DNA from: Octopus vulgaris
Taxonomy: Eukaryota
DNA: 64,000 bases
NCBI GenBank assembly: GCA_951406725.2
Contig: OX597823.1
Coordinates: 101,308,001-101,372,000 of the forward strand
Direction: 5' to 3'
Shown: positions 52,190-64,000 of the stretch, piece by piece
Numbering within the stretch: position 1 is the first letter of the stretch
Layout: each line of letters begins with the position of its first letter
Notes under the pieces: generated by a model
What the model was told of the DNA's origin: nothing
Seen by the model: the letters and a program-made list of their open reading frames with translations, nothing else
The model's database searches: none
Program-made: the position numbers and the translations under genes

Positions 52190-53463
52190 CTCTCTCTCTC
52201 TCTCTCTATCTCCTCTCTCCCCTCTATCTGTCCGTCTCTTTTCCTCTCTCTCTCTATCCCCCTCTCTCCCCTCTATCTGTCCGTCTCTTTTCCTCTCTCT
52301 CTCTCTATCCCCCTCTCTCCCCTCTATCTGTCTGTCTCTTTTCCTCTCTCTTGCTCTGTCTCTCTCTCTCTCTCTCTCTATCCCCCTCTCTTCCCTCTAT
52401 CTGTCCGTCTCTTTTCTTCTCTCTCTCTATCCCCCTCACTCTCCTCTATCTGTCCCCCTCTCTTCCTCTCTCTCTCTCTCTATCTCCCTCTCTCCCCTCT
52501 ATCTGTCCGTCTCTTTTCCTCTCTCTCTCTCTCTATCCCCTCTCTCCCCTCTATTTGTCCGTCTCTTTTCTTCTCTCTTTCTCTCTCTCTCTCTATCCCC
52601 CTCTCTTCCCTCTATCTGTCCGTCTCTTTTCCTCTCTCTTTCTATCCCCCTCTCTCCCCTCTATCTGTCTGTCTCTTTTCCTCTCTCTTTCTCTCTCTCT
52701 CTCTATTCCCTTCTCATCCCTCTATCTGTCCGTCTCTTTTCTTCTCTCTTTCTATCCCCCTCTCTCCCATCTATCTATCTGTCTCTTTTCCTCTCTCTTT
52801 CTCTCTCTCTCTCTATCCCCCTCTCTCCCCTCTATCTGTCTGTCTCTTTTCCTCTCTCTTTCTCTCTCTCTCTCTATCCCCCTCTCTCCCCTCTATCTGT
52901 CCGTCTCTTTTCCTCTCTCTTTCTCTCTCTCTCTCTATCCCCTTCTCATCCCTCTATCTGTCCGTCTCTTTTCTTCTCTCTCTCTCTATCCCCCTCTCTC
53001 CCCTCTATCTGTCCGTCTCTTTTCTTCTCTCTCTCTCTATCCCCCTCTCTCCCCTCTATTTGTCCGTCTCTTTTCCTCTCTCTTTCTCTCTCTGTCTCTA
53101 TCCCCCTCACTTCCCTCTATCTGTCCGTCTCTTTTCTTCTCTCTCTCTCTATCCCCCTCTCTCCCCTCTATCTGTCCGTCTCTTTTCCTCTCTCTTTCTC
53201 TCTCTCTCTCTATCCCCCTCTCTTCCCTCTATCTGTCCGTCTCTTTTCTTCTCTCTCTCTATCCCCCTCACTCTCCTCTATCTGTCCGTCTCTTTTCCTC
53301 TCTCTCTCTCTCTCCCCCTCTCTCTCCTCTATCTGCCTGTCTCTTTTCTTCATTCTCTCTTTCTCTATCCCACTCTCTCCCCTCTATCTGTCCGTCTCTT
53401 TTCCTCTCTCTCTCTCTATCCCCCTCTCTCCCCTCTATCTGTCTGTCTCTTTTCCTCTCTCTT

Positions 53464-53496
<33 letters not shown>

Positions 53497-53790
53497 ATCC
53501 CCTTCTCATCCCTCTATCTGTCCGTCTCTTTTCTTCTCTCTCTCTCTATCCCCCTCTCTTCCCTCTATCTGTCCGTCTCTTTTCTTCTCTCTCTCCCTAT
53601 CCCCCTCTCTCCCCTCTATTTGTCCGTCTCTTTTCCTCTCTCTTTCTCTCTCTCTCTCTATCCCCCTCTCTTCCCTCTATCTGTCCGTCTCTTTTCTTCT
53701 CTCTTTCTATCCCCCTCTCTCCCCTCTATCTGTCTGTCTCTTTTCTTCATTCTCTCTCTCTCTCTCTCTCTCACCTCTATCTGTCCGTCT

Positions 53791-53841
<51 letters not shown>

Positions 53842-53930
53842 AGTATCCCCATCCCACCCCTCTATCTGTCTGTCTCTCTTCTTCTCTCTCTCTCTCTTTC
53901 TGTCTGTCTTCCCCCTCTCTCTCTCTCTCT
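52190..53930. repeat. Polypyrimidine minisatellite, unit about 42-50 bp, roughly 35-40 copies
   Basis: Unit ctctatccccctctctcccctctatctgtccgtctcttttc(ctct)n repeated. Confidence 0.95.
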
Positions 53931-54128
53931 CAGGTCTCTGACTTCCTCTACCAATTTCTCTTTCTTATATCTATTCTTTCCCAACAACCACTCATTTTAC
54001 TTCACCTATTTCATTCGTTCCAACACACTCCAACGCTCTCTTTGTCTCATCTCCATTCTGTACATCTCACATGTTATTCTTTCATTCTTCATTCATTTGT
54101 ACTTTCTCTCTCTCGCACACGAGTGCGC

Positions 54129-54165
<37 letters not shown>

Positions 54166-54219
54166 GTTTCTTTCTGTCTTTCTTTCCTTCCTTCCTTCTT
54201 TCGTTCTTTCTTGTTTTTT

Positions 54220-54251
<32 letters not shown>

Positions 54252-54252
54252 A

Positions 54253-54317
<65 letters not shown>

Positions 54318-54999
54318 GTCTGTCTGTCTAGCTGGCTGACTGGTTGGCTGTCTAGCTAGCTACCTGTCAGTCTATTTATACACCTGTCTGTCTGATTGAC
54401 TGACTCCCCCCTCTCTCTCTGGAAACCAAGGTTCGATACGACTTCAAATATTCTCTTCAAACTAATTCATTATTTCATTTCACTTCACTTCAGTCAAGCC
54501 ACTTATATCATTAACAATGTCACGTTCTCCTCTCCATTTCATTTCATCCACCCGATGAATGTCTTTCAAAAGTAATAACAAAGAAAAGTTAATATCATCA
54601 GGCTGAGATGTGACAACGTGGTTTCAGTCTTTGAAGCTAATTCAATTCAGTTAACTACATTTAAGTAGTATATACCATTAGGAAAGTCATAAAGTCACAA
54701 TGTCCCATTCATTCTTCCCATTCCAATTGCTTTAAAATATAATCACTTATTCAAAAGCCAAAATAAAACACAATATATGTGGGCCATTACCGGAGCCTCG
54801 ACTTGGTCACTCGATTTATTAGATCGATCAGTCTAATCGCCTTTAAATCATACCCTTCCGTCTTAAATAAGGAAAGGTTACGATGGATAAAATACCTCTC
54901 GATACCTCTAATATGCGTGTTCTGGTAGTCGATGGGGAACAAATATGTAAAAATGTAAATATGAATTTCTTCCTAATAGCTGTATGCAGTTTAGTGATG

Positions 55000-55705
55000 T
55001 ACAAGGGGTGCTAAAAAGCTCTTGGCTTTCAGGGTTACCTCCCCATTTTCAGGGGAGGTAGGACAACTATTTAGGAGAAGGTATGCAAAAACTGCATGAT
55101 AGTATACAATATATGTTTGTTTCTTTGCAGATTTAACGCACGATGGCAGTTCCTACAGTTAATTTTGGTAAAATTGAAGCACGGACGGTCATGAAGCTCT
55201 TCTCTTTGCAAGGTAAAGGAGCAGCGGGAATCCATGGCGAGATTAAGGTAGTTTTGAAGGATGGCTGCCCATTTTACTTCACAAGATCTCGGACTGGTCA
55301 TTTCGAGGTTACAGATGAACTCCGATGAGGACGACCAACTTCCGTAGCCACAAAGGACAAACCGTGGCTGTGAACGTCATGATTATCGAGAATCGCTAGA
55401 TTTCAGCTCAAGTTGTTGCTGAGACTCTGATGATTTCCCGCGAAAGAGTTGGCCACTTTATCCACTGCATTCTGGACATGAGAAAGCTTTCCGTAAAATA
55501 GGTACCGAAATGTCTGAACGCAGATCACAAGCGCATCAGAGTGACTGTATCAAAGGCGATTTTGGACCGGTTTGCAGCGGGAGAGGCTTTTATGGCTCGT
55601 GTACCTACCATGGATGAAACTTGTTTCCATCATTATGATCCCCAGACCAAGCAGCAATCAATGAATTGGCGCCACAGCGGTTCACCGCGTCCCAAGAAGT
55701 TTCCC
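55000..55705 (+). pseudogene. Degenerate mariner transposase (irritans-like), 5' two-thirds
   Basis: RTVMKLFSLQGK..IHGEI, GRPTS, RKLSVK*VPKCL, TMDETCFHHYDPQTKQQSMNWRHSGSPRPKKF. Confidence 0.8.
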
Positions 55706-55965
55706 TTCACAATCGTACGTGGAAATGACATTTGCTGCAGGGAACAACTTTTCCGAAGAGACTTTGTGTGTAAAAGCACAACACTTTCTAAATGACGTTA
55801 ACACACAAGCACACAGTGATAGTTCGGCTTAAGTTTGCAACCCCAGCGATGAACAATGCCTGGTTCTTTCGAGCCGGTTAAGAACATCTGTTATATAAAA
55901 AAAATCAGTAAACGAAGAATTTTGCGGATATGTGCAGAGGCTTGTCAAGCTGGGGTTGATATATA

Positions 55966-56248
55966 TTTCTTTATTGCCTACAAGGGGCTAAACATAGAGG
56001 GAACAAACAAGGACATACGAAGGGATTAAGTCGATTACATCGACCCCAGTGCGAAACTGGTACTTTATTTATCGACCCCGAAAGGATGAAAGGCAAAGTC
56101 GACCTCGGCGGAATTTGAACTCAGAACGTAACGACAGACGAAATACCTATTTCTTTACTACTCACAAGGGGCTAAACACAGAGGGGACAAACGAGGACAG
56201 ATAAACGGATTAAGTCGATTACATCGACCCCAGTGCGTAACTGGTAAT
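55966..56248 (-). mobile_element. SINE family A head-less head-to-tail multimer
   Basis: Two tails and a junction gacgaaatacc|tatttcttt at 56147/56148, equivalent to the junction at 4193/4194. Confidence 0.82.
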
Positions 56249-56805
56249 TGATATATACGCACATAAAGCAACAAAGATCAAAACAATAACATGTACAGTT
56301 CTTTATAACAAAATCAGGCACATTTGAACGTGGGAATAGCTTTCGCAACTGGATTTCATCAGTTTTGCTATTGATACAGTATTTGCTCTGTCCATATTCA
56401 CACAATCTATTTCTATTTTAATCTTCATTTTACTTTTTGTTTACTCTTGATACAAAAGCATATCTTTAAGGCAGGTCTTAAAAATGGCCACTCTAATGTT
56501 TAAAACCGTAAATATTACCTAAAACTTCACTTGGAACTTTTGCGTGAACTGTCATTGAAGAGTTGGTACAGTAACAATTGTAACTGGTCATTGAAGATGA
56601 GTTAAATCTTCCTCTGCCTTCTTATTTGGATTATATTTTACTCCTCGCTAAACCCACGTAGCGGTTTTAACGTTGTGGAATCTGGATTTTTTACACCTGA
56701 AGAACGTCAATATTAGACTGGAATCCGACAATGTAAAGAGCTCGGGTTGAGTGCTGCATTGGAAATACCCCATCTTTCTACCTTCCTAGAGGTATATATT
56801 ATATG

Positions 56806-56885
<80 letters not shown>

Positions 56886-57156
56886 GTGTGTGTAACGCGC
56901 TACGTTATTTGAATATATATTTTTTTGTGAGTAACATTTAACTATTTGAAGCTCTTGAATTTATTCCACTTTCTATGATTTAGTTTTTATTCAACACGAA
57001 CTGGAGTCGTTTTGTTTATTATTTGTATTCGAAATTTCATTTTGCAGTCATCTTTTGTCATAATGCTCAACTGTTTTTATGTTCATAAATTCTGATGATC
57101 AAATTAACTTTCTTCTTTTACTCGTTCGTAATTCTAATCAATGCATATTTAATACG

Positions 57157-57354
57157 CTCTTTTACTCTTTTCAGTCATTTGACTACGGCCATGCTGGAGC
57201 ACTGCCTTTAGTCGATCAAATCGACCCCGGGACTTATTCTTTGTAAGCCCAGTACTTATTCTATCGGTCTCTTTTGCCGAACCGCTAAGTGACGGGGACG
57301 TAAACACGCCAGCATCGGTTGTCAAGCAATGCTAAGGGGACAAACACAGACACA

Positions 57355-57432
<78 letters not shown>

Positions 57433-57598
57433 TACGACAGACTTCTTTCAGTTTCCGTCTACCAAATCCACTCACAAGGCATTGGTCGGCCCGGGGCTAT
57501 AGCAGAAGACACTTGCCCAAGATGCCACGCAGTGGGACTGAACCCGCAATCATGTGGTTGGTTAGCAAGCTACTTACCACACAGCCACTCCTGCGCCT
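57157..57598 (-). mobile_element. Full-length tRNA-derived SINE, family B, with internal (TA)n(TG)n microsatellite
   Basis: Minus-strand head aggcgcaggagtggctgtgtgg (A box) and gggttcagtccc (B box); the body matches several other copies in the window. Confidence 0.88.
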
Positions 57599-58889
57599 TC
57601 ATCTGTGTTTATATCATTTGTGTTTATACTTATGCTACTATTGCTTATTCTACTTCATATCATTCCACTATATCTCACTATTACCTTTTATATTCAACTT
57701 AATGAGAACTATCACGTATTCAACTTTATTCTATTTACTTGTTACACTGCAAACATGTATTTCTTGAAGCAGAACAAAAAACAGAAATAATTCGAAATTA
57801 GTCCGAATATTCAGAAGGCCAAGGTTCCTCCTCAGACCTAAACAAGAAATGTTGTTCGTTACGAGCTTTTGCTGTGAATGTGAATAATAGTGTTTATTAT
57901 GCACATCTATAGCTTTTGGGCAGAATGTATCAAGTATGTTGCAAATGTGCAGCTTTTGCATAAACTACAAATGTTGCCCTTTGAAAATCTTTAGAAAATG
58001 TCTATAAGATCCATTATCCATTTTTGAAATTAAGTTGAGCATTTATTGTAGAAAACAACATAATATAGAATAACAAGCGAAATATTGACTACAGCATTTT
58101 GTATATATTAAAAGCAAACAAACCTGTATAATATTTGGGGAGTGATAAATATAATTTTCTTAATTTCCTGTTATTTTTGGCCTTTTTATTTACTTCCCCA
58201 TACTCACATAGCGAAATTTTGAATTCGAAACCCTGGTAACTCGGCAACATGAAAAAGGCCGCGACATAGGTAATTTTTGCCCAGTTTTCTAACCAACCGT
58301 ATAACAGGTACGTTCGTGGGATCGTGTAATTTGAACGGAAATTTTCGAGCAGTTTCCCGCCAGAATATGATCATAAACGCAGACACGCAGGATAACCAGC
58401 GCAGAAGTTGGAAAGAAAGCAGAGGTTCCAGACAAGCATAGCAGGGGTTCTACAGAAATACAGAAACTAGCGAAGACATGGAAAACAAAATATCAAGCTC
58501 GCCCGGCATAACGTAACAATTTAATACTATGACATAACAATAGCATTGTTATAATAACTAACAGAAATTTATACAGGTCAACAAGGGAACTTCTACCAGG
58601 TCATTCAACCATTCAACCTATTAGAAATCGCAGCTAAATCTGCCCGAAATCGGGCCAAATCGCCTTAAAAGACAGAAAGGCATATTTCAATATGTGACCG
58701 CGTGTGTATCGCTGGCGATTTTCTTTCTCCGTCTTTCCTTCTTTGGATTTTTTCTATTTTTCTGAAGAGCTCCGTTCGGGACGTGAAATCCTCTTTCTTT
58801 TCTTTCCTTTCCTGAGCATCCAATAACACAGTACTTGTACCACGTCCTCGCGTTGTTGTTTTTTCTTGCTTGTTCTTGTTTGGATTGAC

Positions 58890-58921
<32 letters not shown>

Positions 58922-59230
58922 CACACACACACAAATACACACACACATACACAGAGTATATATGTACATGAATGTGTGGGTATCGGCATGTGGAAGAATA
59001 GCCCTCTGCGTATCGTAAAAAGCGACTGAAAGAGGCTAGGGAACGATTTGTACTTCCACCTTCTAAAACCTTCACCAGTAACAACTGCCCAAAGGGATCC
59101 ATAGGTCGGATCGTTGTTACCTGAGTTGCCATCCGCCAGGTGCAAGAAATCAGCAACAAATAGTGGATGCACCAACATGCGGTTACAGCACATGCCCCTG
59201 TTTTACTACTACTACTACTACTACTACTAC

Positions 59231-59585
59231 TAGAAATGTTCACCCTTTATACATCTATGTAAAGGGCGGGCTGAGGTTTATTTATTTGGTAGTTTTGACT
59301 TTAAGAGTCTCTCCTTGCGTGTCGCATTTATGTATAGTAATGCCCTCTATATAATAAAAATAAATATATTTAAGTGAAAAAATTGATGGATTTTTTTCTC
59401 TTATGAGGTTTTTCACGCTAACAACTTGATGAATTCTTATAAAAATTTTATTCTATTTTTAAATTGTAAATTTAACCAGAGTATATTCAGTACTGAATTT
59501 TTATTCCGAATAAGCACGTTGTTACCGAAATGCAATTCGAAAAAGCCCGCCATTTACATAGATGTATAAAGGGTGAACATTTCTA
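59231..59585. mobile_element. MITE with about 40-bp TIRs, probable TA TSD
   Basis: tagaaatgttcaccctttatacatctatgtaaagggcgggct (59231-59272) versus its reverse complement at 59544-59585, 41/42 identical. Confidence 0.85.
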
Positions 59586-59903
59586 TAAGCTACGTTGGAT
59601 ATATTGGTTGTTCGTCTGGTATGTTGATTTTGTTCATTCGTTATAAATCTTGAATTATGCTTGCACTGATGATTAAAAAGTGCATTACTGCGCTAATTAT
59701 GAAATCACGGTGATCTATAGCTAAATTCTGTTTTTAAATGACTTGCTTCGAGAGTTGCATTCGGTATGATGTGTTTATTTAGTAATTTTGACTTTAAGAG
59801 TCCCTCCTAGCGTGTGGCATTTATGTATAGTAATGCTCTCTATATAATATATATATATGTATGTATGTATGTGTATATATACATACATACATATACATAC
59901 ATA

Positions 59904-60048
59904 TGTAGCCTGAAGTCATCTTGTTTGAAAACTAGTTGTTGTATTGAACAATAGAATATCCAGCTGTAAATAAATATTACACAGTACTCTAAAAATTGAC
60001 ATTGGGTTCCCTTAATGTTGTTTTTAATACGTATATGAATGTATATGA

Positions 60049-60127
<79 letters not shown>

Positions 60128-60299
60128 CATACATACATACATTCATACCCGCATAAATATACATTCATATACGTATTAAAAACAACATTAAGGGAACCCA
60201 ATGTCAATTTTCAGAGTACTGTGTAATATTTATTTACAGCTGGATATTCTATTGTTCAATACAACAACTAGTTTTCAAACAAGATGACTTCAGGCTACA
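59904..60299. repeat. 143-bp near-perfect inverted repeat around a (TA)n/(CATA)n spacer
   Basis: Arms 59904-60046 and 60157-60299; one mismatch found by eye. Confidence 0.93.
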
Positions 60300-60633
60300 C
60301 TAAGGAAGATCCTTTGCTCCATTTGCATATCTTGATTCTTAAACTTCCACACTGTTTTGCTTACGAAATTTCTCTTACAATGTATTAGCGGAAAACTTTT
60401 TCTCAAGGTGCATCATATTTCAAAAGTGAGCTTAGCATCTACAATCTTGAAATTTCACCGTGATCGATAAAATAAGTGCCAACCATGTTTTGGATTTCTT
60501 TACTCTGCTAACATCCTTCGTGCCCTTGTGCCTGTGTAAGGAATCATTATTGAATAGTTACGCCCTCAGCTGCAGCTATTATGAGCCAACGAATGAATAA
60601 TCAAATGAGTAGCTAGCAACGGTGTCTCTGTAT

Positions 60634-60850
60634 CAGTTTTTACCCATGGAACCCTTTAATTCCTATTTTATTCAGGTGGATCCTCATAGCCATTCGATGT
60701 TTAAAAACTCCTATACCTTTATAAATTATTATTATAAGAAACTGCATTTAACAATTCTTAAAAGTTTTGTATATTGCAGAAAAAGAGCCAATTTGTTGCT
60801 CATAAATTTTAACAAGAAAATCTTGTATGGACCCCGGTTGAGAACCACTG
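60634..60850. mobile_element. hAT/Charlie-type MITE with damaged left TIR
   Basis: Right end ggttgagaaccactg; flanks ctctgtat and ctctacat (6/8). Confidence 0.6.
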
Positions 60851-61628
60851 CTCTACATAAAGGGGCCAACTAAGGAGCCTTTACATATCGAGCCAACGTA
60901 GACCACTCTATCTTTAATGAATAGCAGTAATAGCCCTCTCTACAGTCAAGGAGACACTGGACAATCTAGTTCTAGCCATAATTCTAAAATGACGAAATAG
61001 TCATGGCTAGAATACTTTTGGTCATTTAATTATTAAATCACTTCTGACTCAAGAGATACTTCTCAACTATTAAATCACTTCCGACCATAGCAGCATCAAC
61101 TGTTGCTAACAAACTTCCAGAATAGTCCTGCCTGCCAGTCTAATAAACCAGATATACTTTTTCTCTTAAACTCAGGTCGAAGCCATAAGTTTCACAATGA
61201 GAAATACTCTGCAGTAAAACAACGTTTAACGATCGGTTACACTTGATGTCTTGAATAGGTTTATAAGTTACTCTGTGTTAGAGTACTTATGGTGTGAAAA
61301 GAGAGACAAGAGGGAGAAAGAAAAGGAAAGAAACAGACAGAAGAGAGAAATGGAAAAGAGAGCGAGAGAGGGGGAAGGGAGGGAGAGAGAGGTGAGGGAA
61401 GATAAGAATGGGTGATATCGCTTTTCAAGGTATCAGATGACCGATTAACAGACGACTTCTAATTTATAATGTATGGTGTGCCGATAATGTAACTATTCTT
61501 CTTTCCGTCTGCAATAACCAATGTAGTCTGAACAACGAGATAATTACTTGTGCAAACAAATTTTGGCGGACTTTAAAAATCGAATGAAAAAAATCTAGTA
61601 CCTACTTTCTTTCCTTTCCCTTCTCAAA

Positions 61629-61711
<83 letters not shown>

Positions 61712-61736
61712 ATATATATATATATACATATATATA

Positions 61737-61798
<62 letters not shown>

Positions 61799-61821
61799 CA
61801 TACATATACATACATATATAC

Positions 61822-61880
<59 letters not shown>

Positions 61881-62273
61881 TATAAAGAGAGACAAATATA
61901 TATAGAGAGAGAGAAAGAGAGAGAGAGGGAGAGAGACAGACAGACAGACAAAGACAGAGGAGATAGAGAGGGAATAAGAGAGAAATATACCCATCTCTCT
62001 ATCTGTCTATCTGTCCGTCTGTCGTCTGTCTCTGCATATATACGTATATGTGTGTGTGTATTTATATCTCAATATATGTATGCAGGTATGTATGTATTTA
62101 TATATGTACGTATGCCTGTGTGTATAATCCTCTGTCTGTAAACTTCGTGTAAACTACCTGACGATCTACCAAAAGTCCCTTACCTACAGTGAAGATATCG
62201 CTCTTTCTTCCTACGTGACTTTGCTAGTAATTTTATTTTACTACTCCTACTCCTCCTCCTCCTCCTCCTCCTC

Positions 62274-62360
<87 letters not shown>

Positions 62361-62489
62361 GTCGTTCTCCAAGTTTCATTCCGTTTTCTCACTTCTTCCA
62401 TTCAATGACTGATATAGTCTCGACCTCAACATTGCCATTCCTCTCTCCCTCCTTCCATCTCTCCCTCTCTGCCCCTCTCTCTCTCTCGG

Positions 62490-62524
<35 letters not shown>

Positions 62525-62545
62525 GTCTATCTATCTATCTATCTT

Positions 62546-62584
<39 letters not shown>

Positions 62585-62607
62585 CTCTCTATATATATAC
62601 GTCCATC

Positions 62608-62652
<45 letters not shown>

Positions 62653-62662
62653 TTATAGAAGG

Positions 62663-62713
62663 AGCTTCTACAGGACTAGAACTGTTTCATTCAAGAGAAA
62701 TCATCAGGAAGCT
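62663..62713 (-). ncRNA. Type I hammerhead ribozyme motif within a roughly 290-bp insert (about 62649-62942) between microsatellite tracts
   Basis: Minus strand: AGCUUC-CUGAUGA-U UUC ucuu GAA U-GAA-ACAG uucuaguc CUGU-A|GAAGCU. Perfect 6-bp stem I, 4-bp stem III, GUA site. Confidence 0.85.
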
Positions 62714-63052
62714 AGTTAACAAGAATTGTATTGGCATTTATACATTTAGGCAGGTTTAAAGGGGTGGTGGTGGGGGACTTTTTGGGGGTAGGCATAGCGC
62801 AAAAATATCATACTTGGGGGAGTGGTCAAGGAGTCAGTGGTAAAATAGATAAAAGAATAAATAAAAAAATAAAAGAATAAAAAAATATATAGAAAAATAT
62901 ATAGAAGAATAGAGTTTTAGGTAAATAAGGAGATTCTCACTTATACATATACACATATGTATATATATACACACACACACGCACACATATACATACACAC
63001 ATACATACACACACACACACATATATATATATACATATATGTATAAATACAC

Positions 63053-63108
<56 letters not shown>

Positions 63109-63298
63109 ATATGCACACATACATATGCACACATATATACACACACACATGTATATATACACACACGCCCACACATACATATACACACAAAAAAATATAT
63201 ATACATACACACACATACACATACACACATACACACACATATATGTCTACATACACACATGCACACACAAGTCCATATATACACATACATATATATAC

Positions 63299-63345
<47 letters not shown>

Positions 63346-63763
63346 CATATACACACATATATGTGTACCTATACATACCTATACATACACACATATATAC
63401 ATACAAATACAAACCCATTCCCTAATTTTAATTTTATTATTATCTTCATTTATTACTTTTGTTATCTTTGACCGCGGGTCACAAGCATCTTGGCTACGGC
63501 AGCAAGTCCATTTATCTTTCTGCTCGAACACAAGCACTCACTCACGCACGCACACTCATTAGCACGCACACTCACTCATTCGTACACTCATACACATACA
63601 CGCACGCACGCGTTATATTCATACATACATACATCTACATACATTCACATATATACACATACGTACGCGTACCTACAGATTCATGTCTACACGCTTAGAA
63701 GACTAGTCCATACATATACACCAATAAATATATATACTCACATACATATACACCTACATACTA

Positions 63764-63804
<41 letters not shown>

Positions 63805-63921
63805 CGCGTATATACATCCATACATACATACATATATACACATACACACACCCACACATATACATATACATACATATACGCGCATACATACACATACATA
63901 TACATACATATACTCATACAC

Positions 63922-63953
<32 letters not shown>

Positions 63954-64000
63954 ATATATATATATGCACACACACATACATGTACATACATACATATACA

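Noticed and set aside
52096-54339. Long 561-747 aa ORFs in three frames
   Set aside because: They translate a stop-free C/T minisatellite into low-complexity S/L/P sequence; not a gene.

Overview
AT-rich, repeat-saturated eukaryotic DNA. The repeat repertoire points to a coleoid cephalopod, probably Octopus; this is inferred from memory of the families, not from a search. I can support no host protein-coding exon, and most listed ORFs are microsatellite artefacts. Non-LTR retrotransposons: three R4/Dong-clade RLE LINE copies in (TAA)n tracts, one near full-length RTE LINE in a (GTAT)n tract, two fragments of a second RTE family with three C-terminal C2H2 fingers, and a rearranged Penelope-like (GIY-YIG) element. 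DNA transposons: a TIR-complete mariner, degenerate mariner, maT and Tigger remnants, two hAT/Charlie-type non-autonomous elements, a non-autonomous Helitron and a MITE. There are also many tRNA-derived SINEs of three families, a 1.7 kb polypyrimidine minisatellite and a 143-bp near-perfect inverted repeat. The most notable signal is a set of hammerhead ribozyme motifs in small non-coding inserts beside (TA)n tracts. Two have complete type I folds (40377-40438 and 62663-62713, minus strand) and share a non-canonical U.U pair at the base of stem II. One of these lies in a 425-bp terminally redundant, retrozyme/pLTR-like unit. Several decayed copies are also present. Boundaries of degenerate repeats are approximate.
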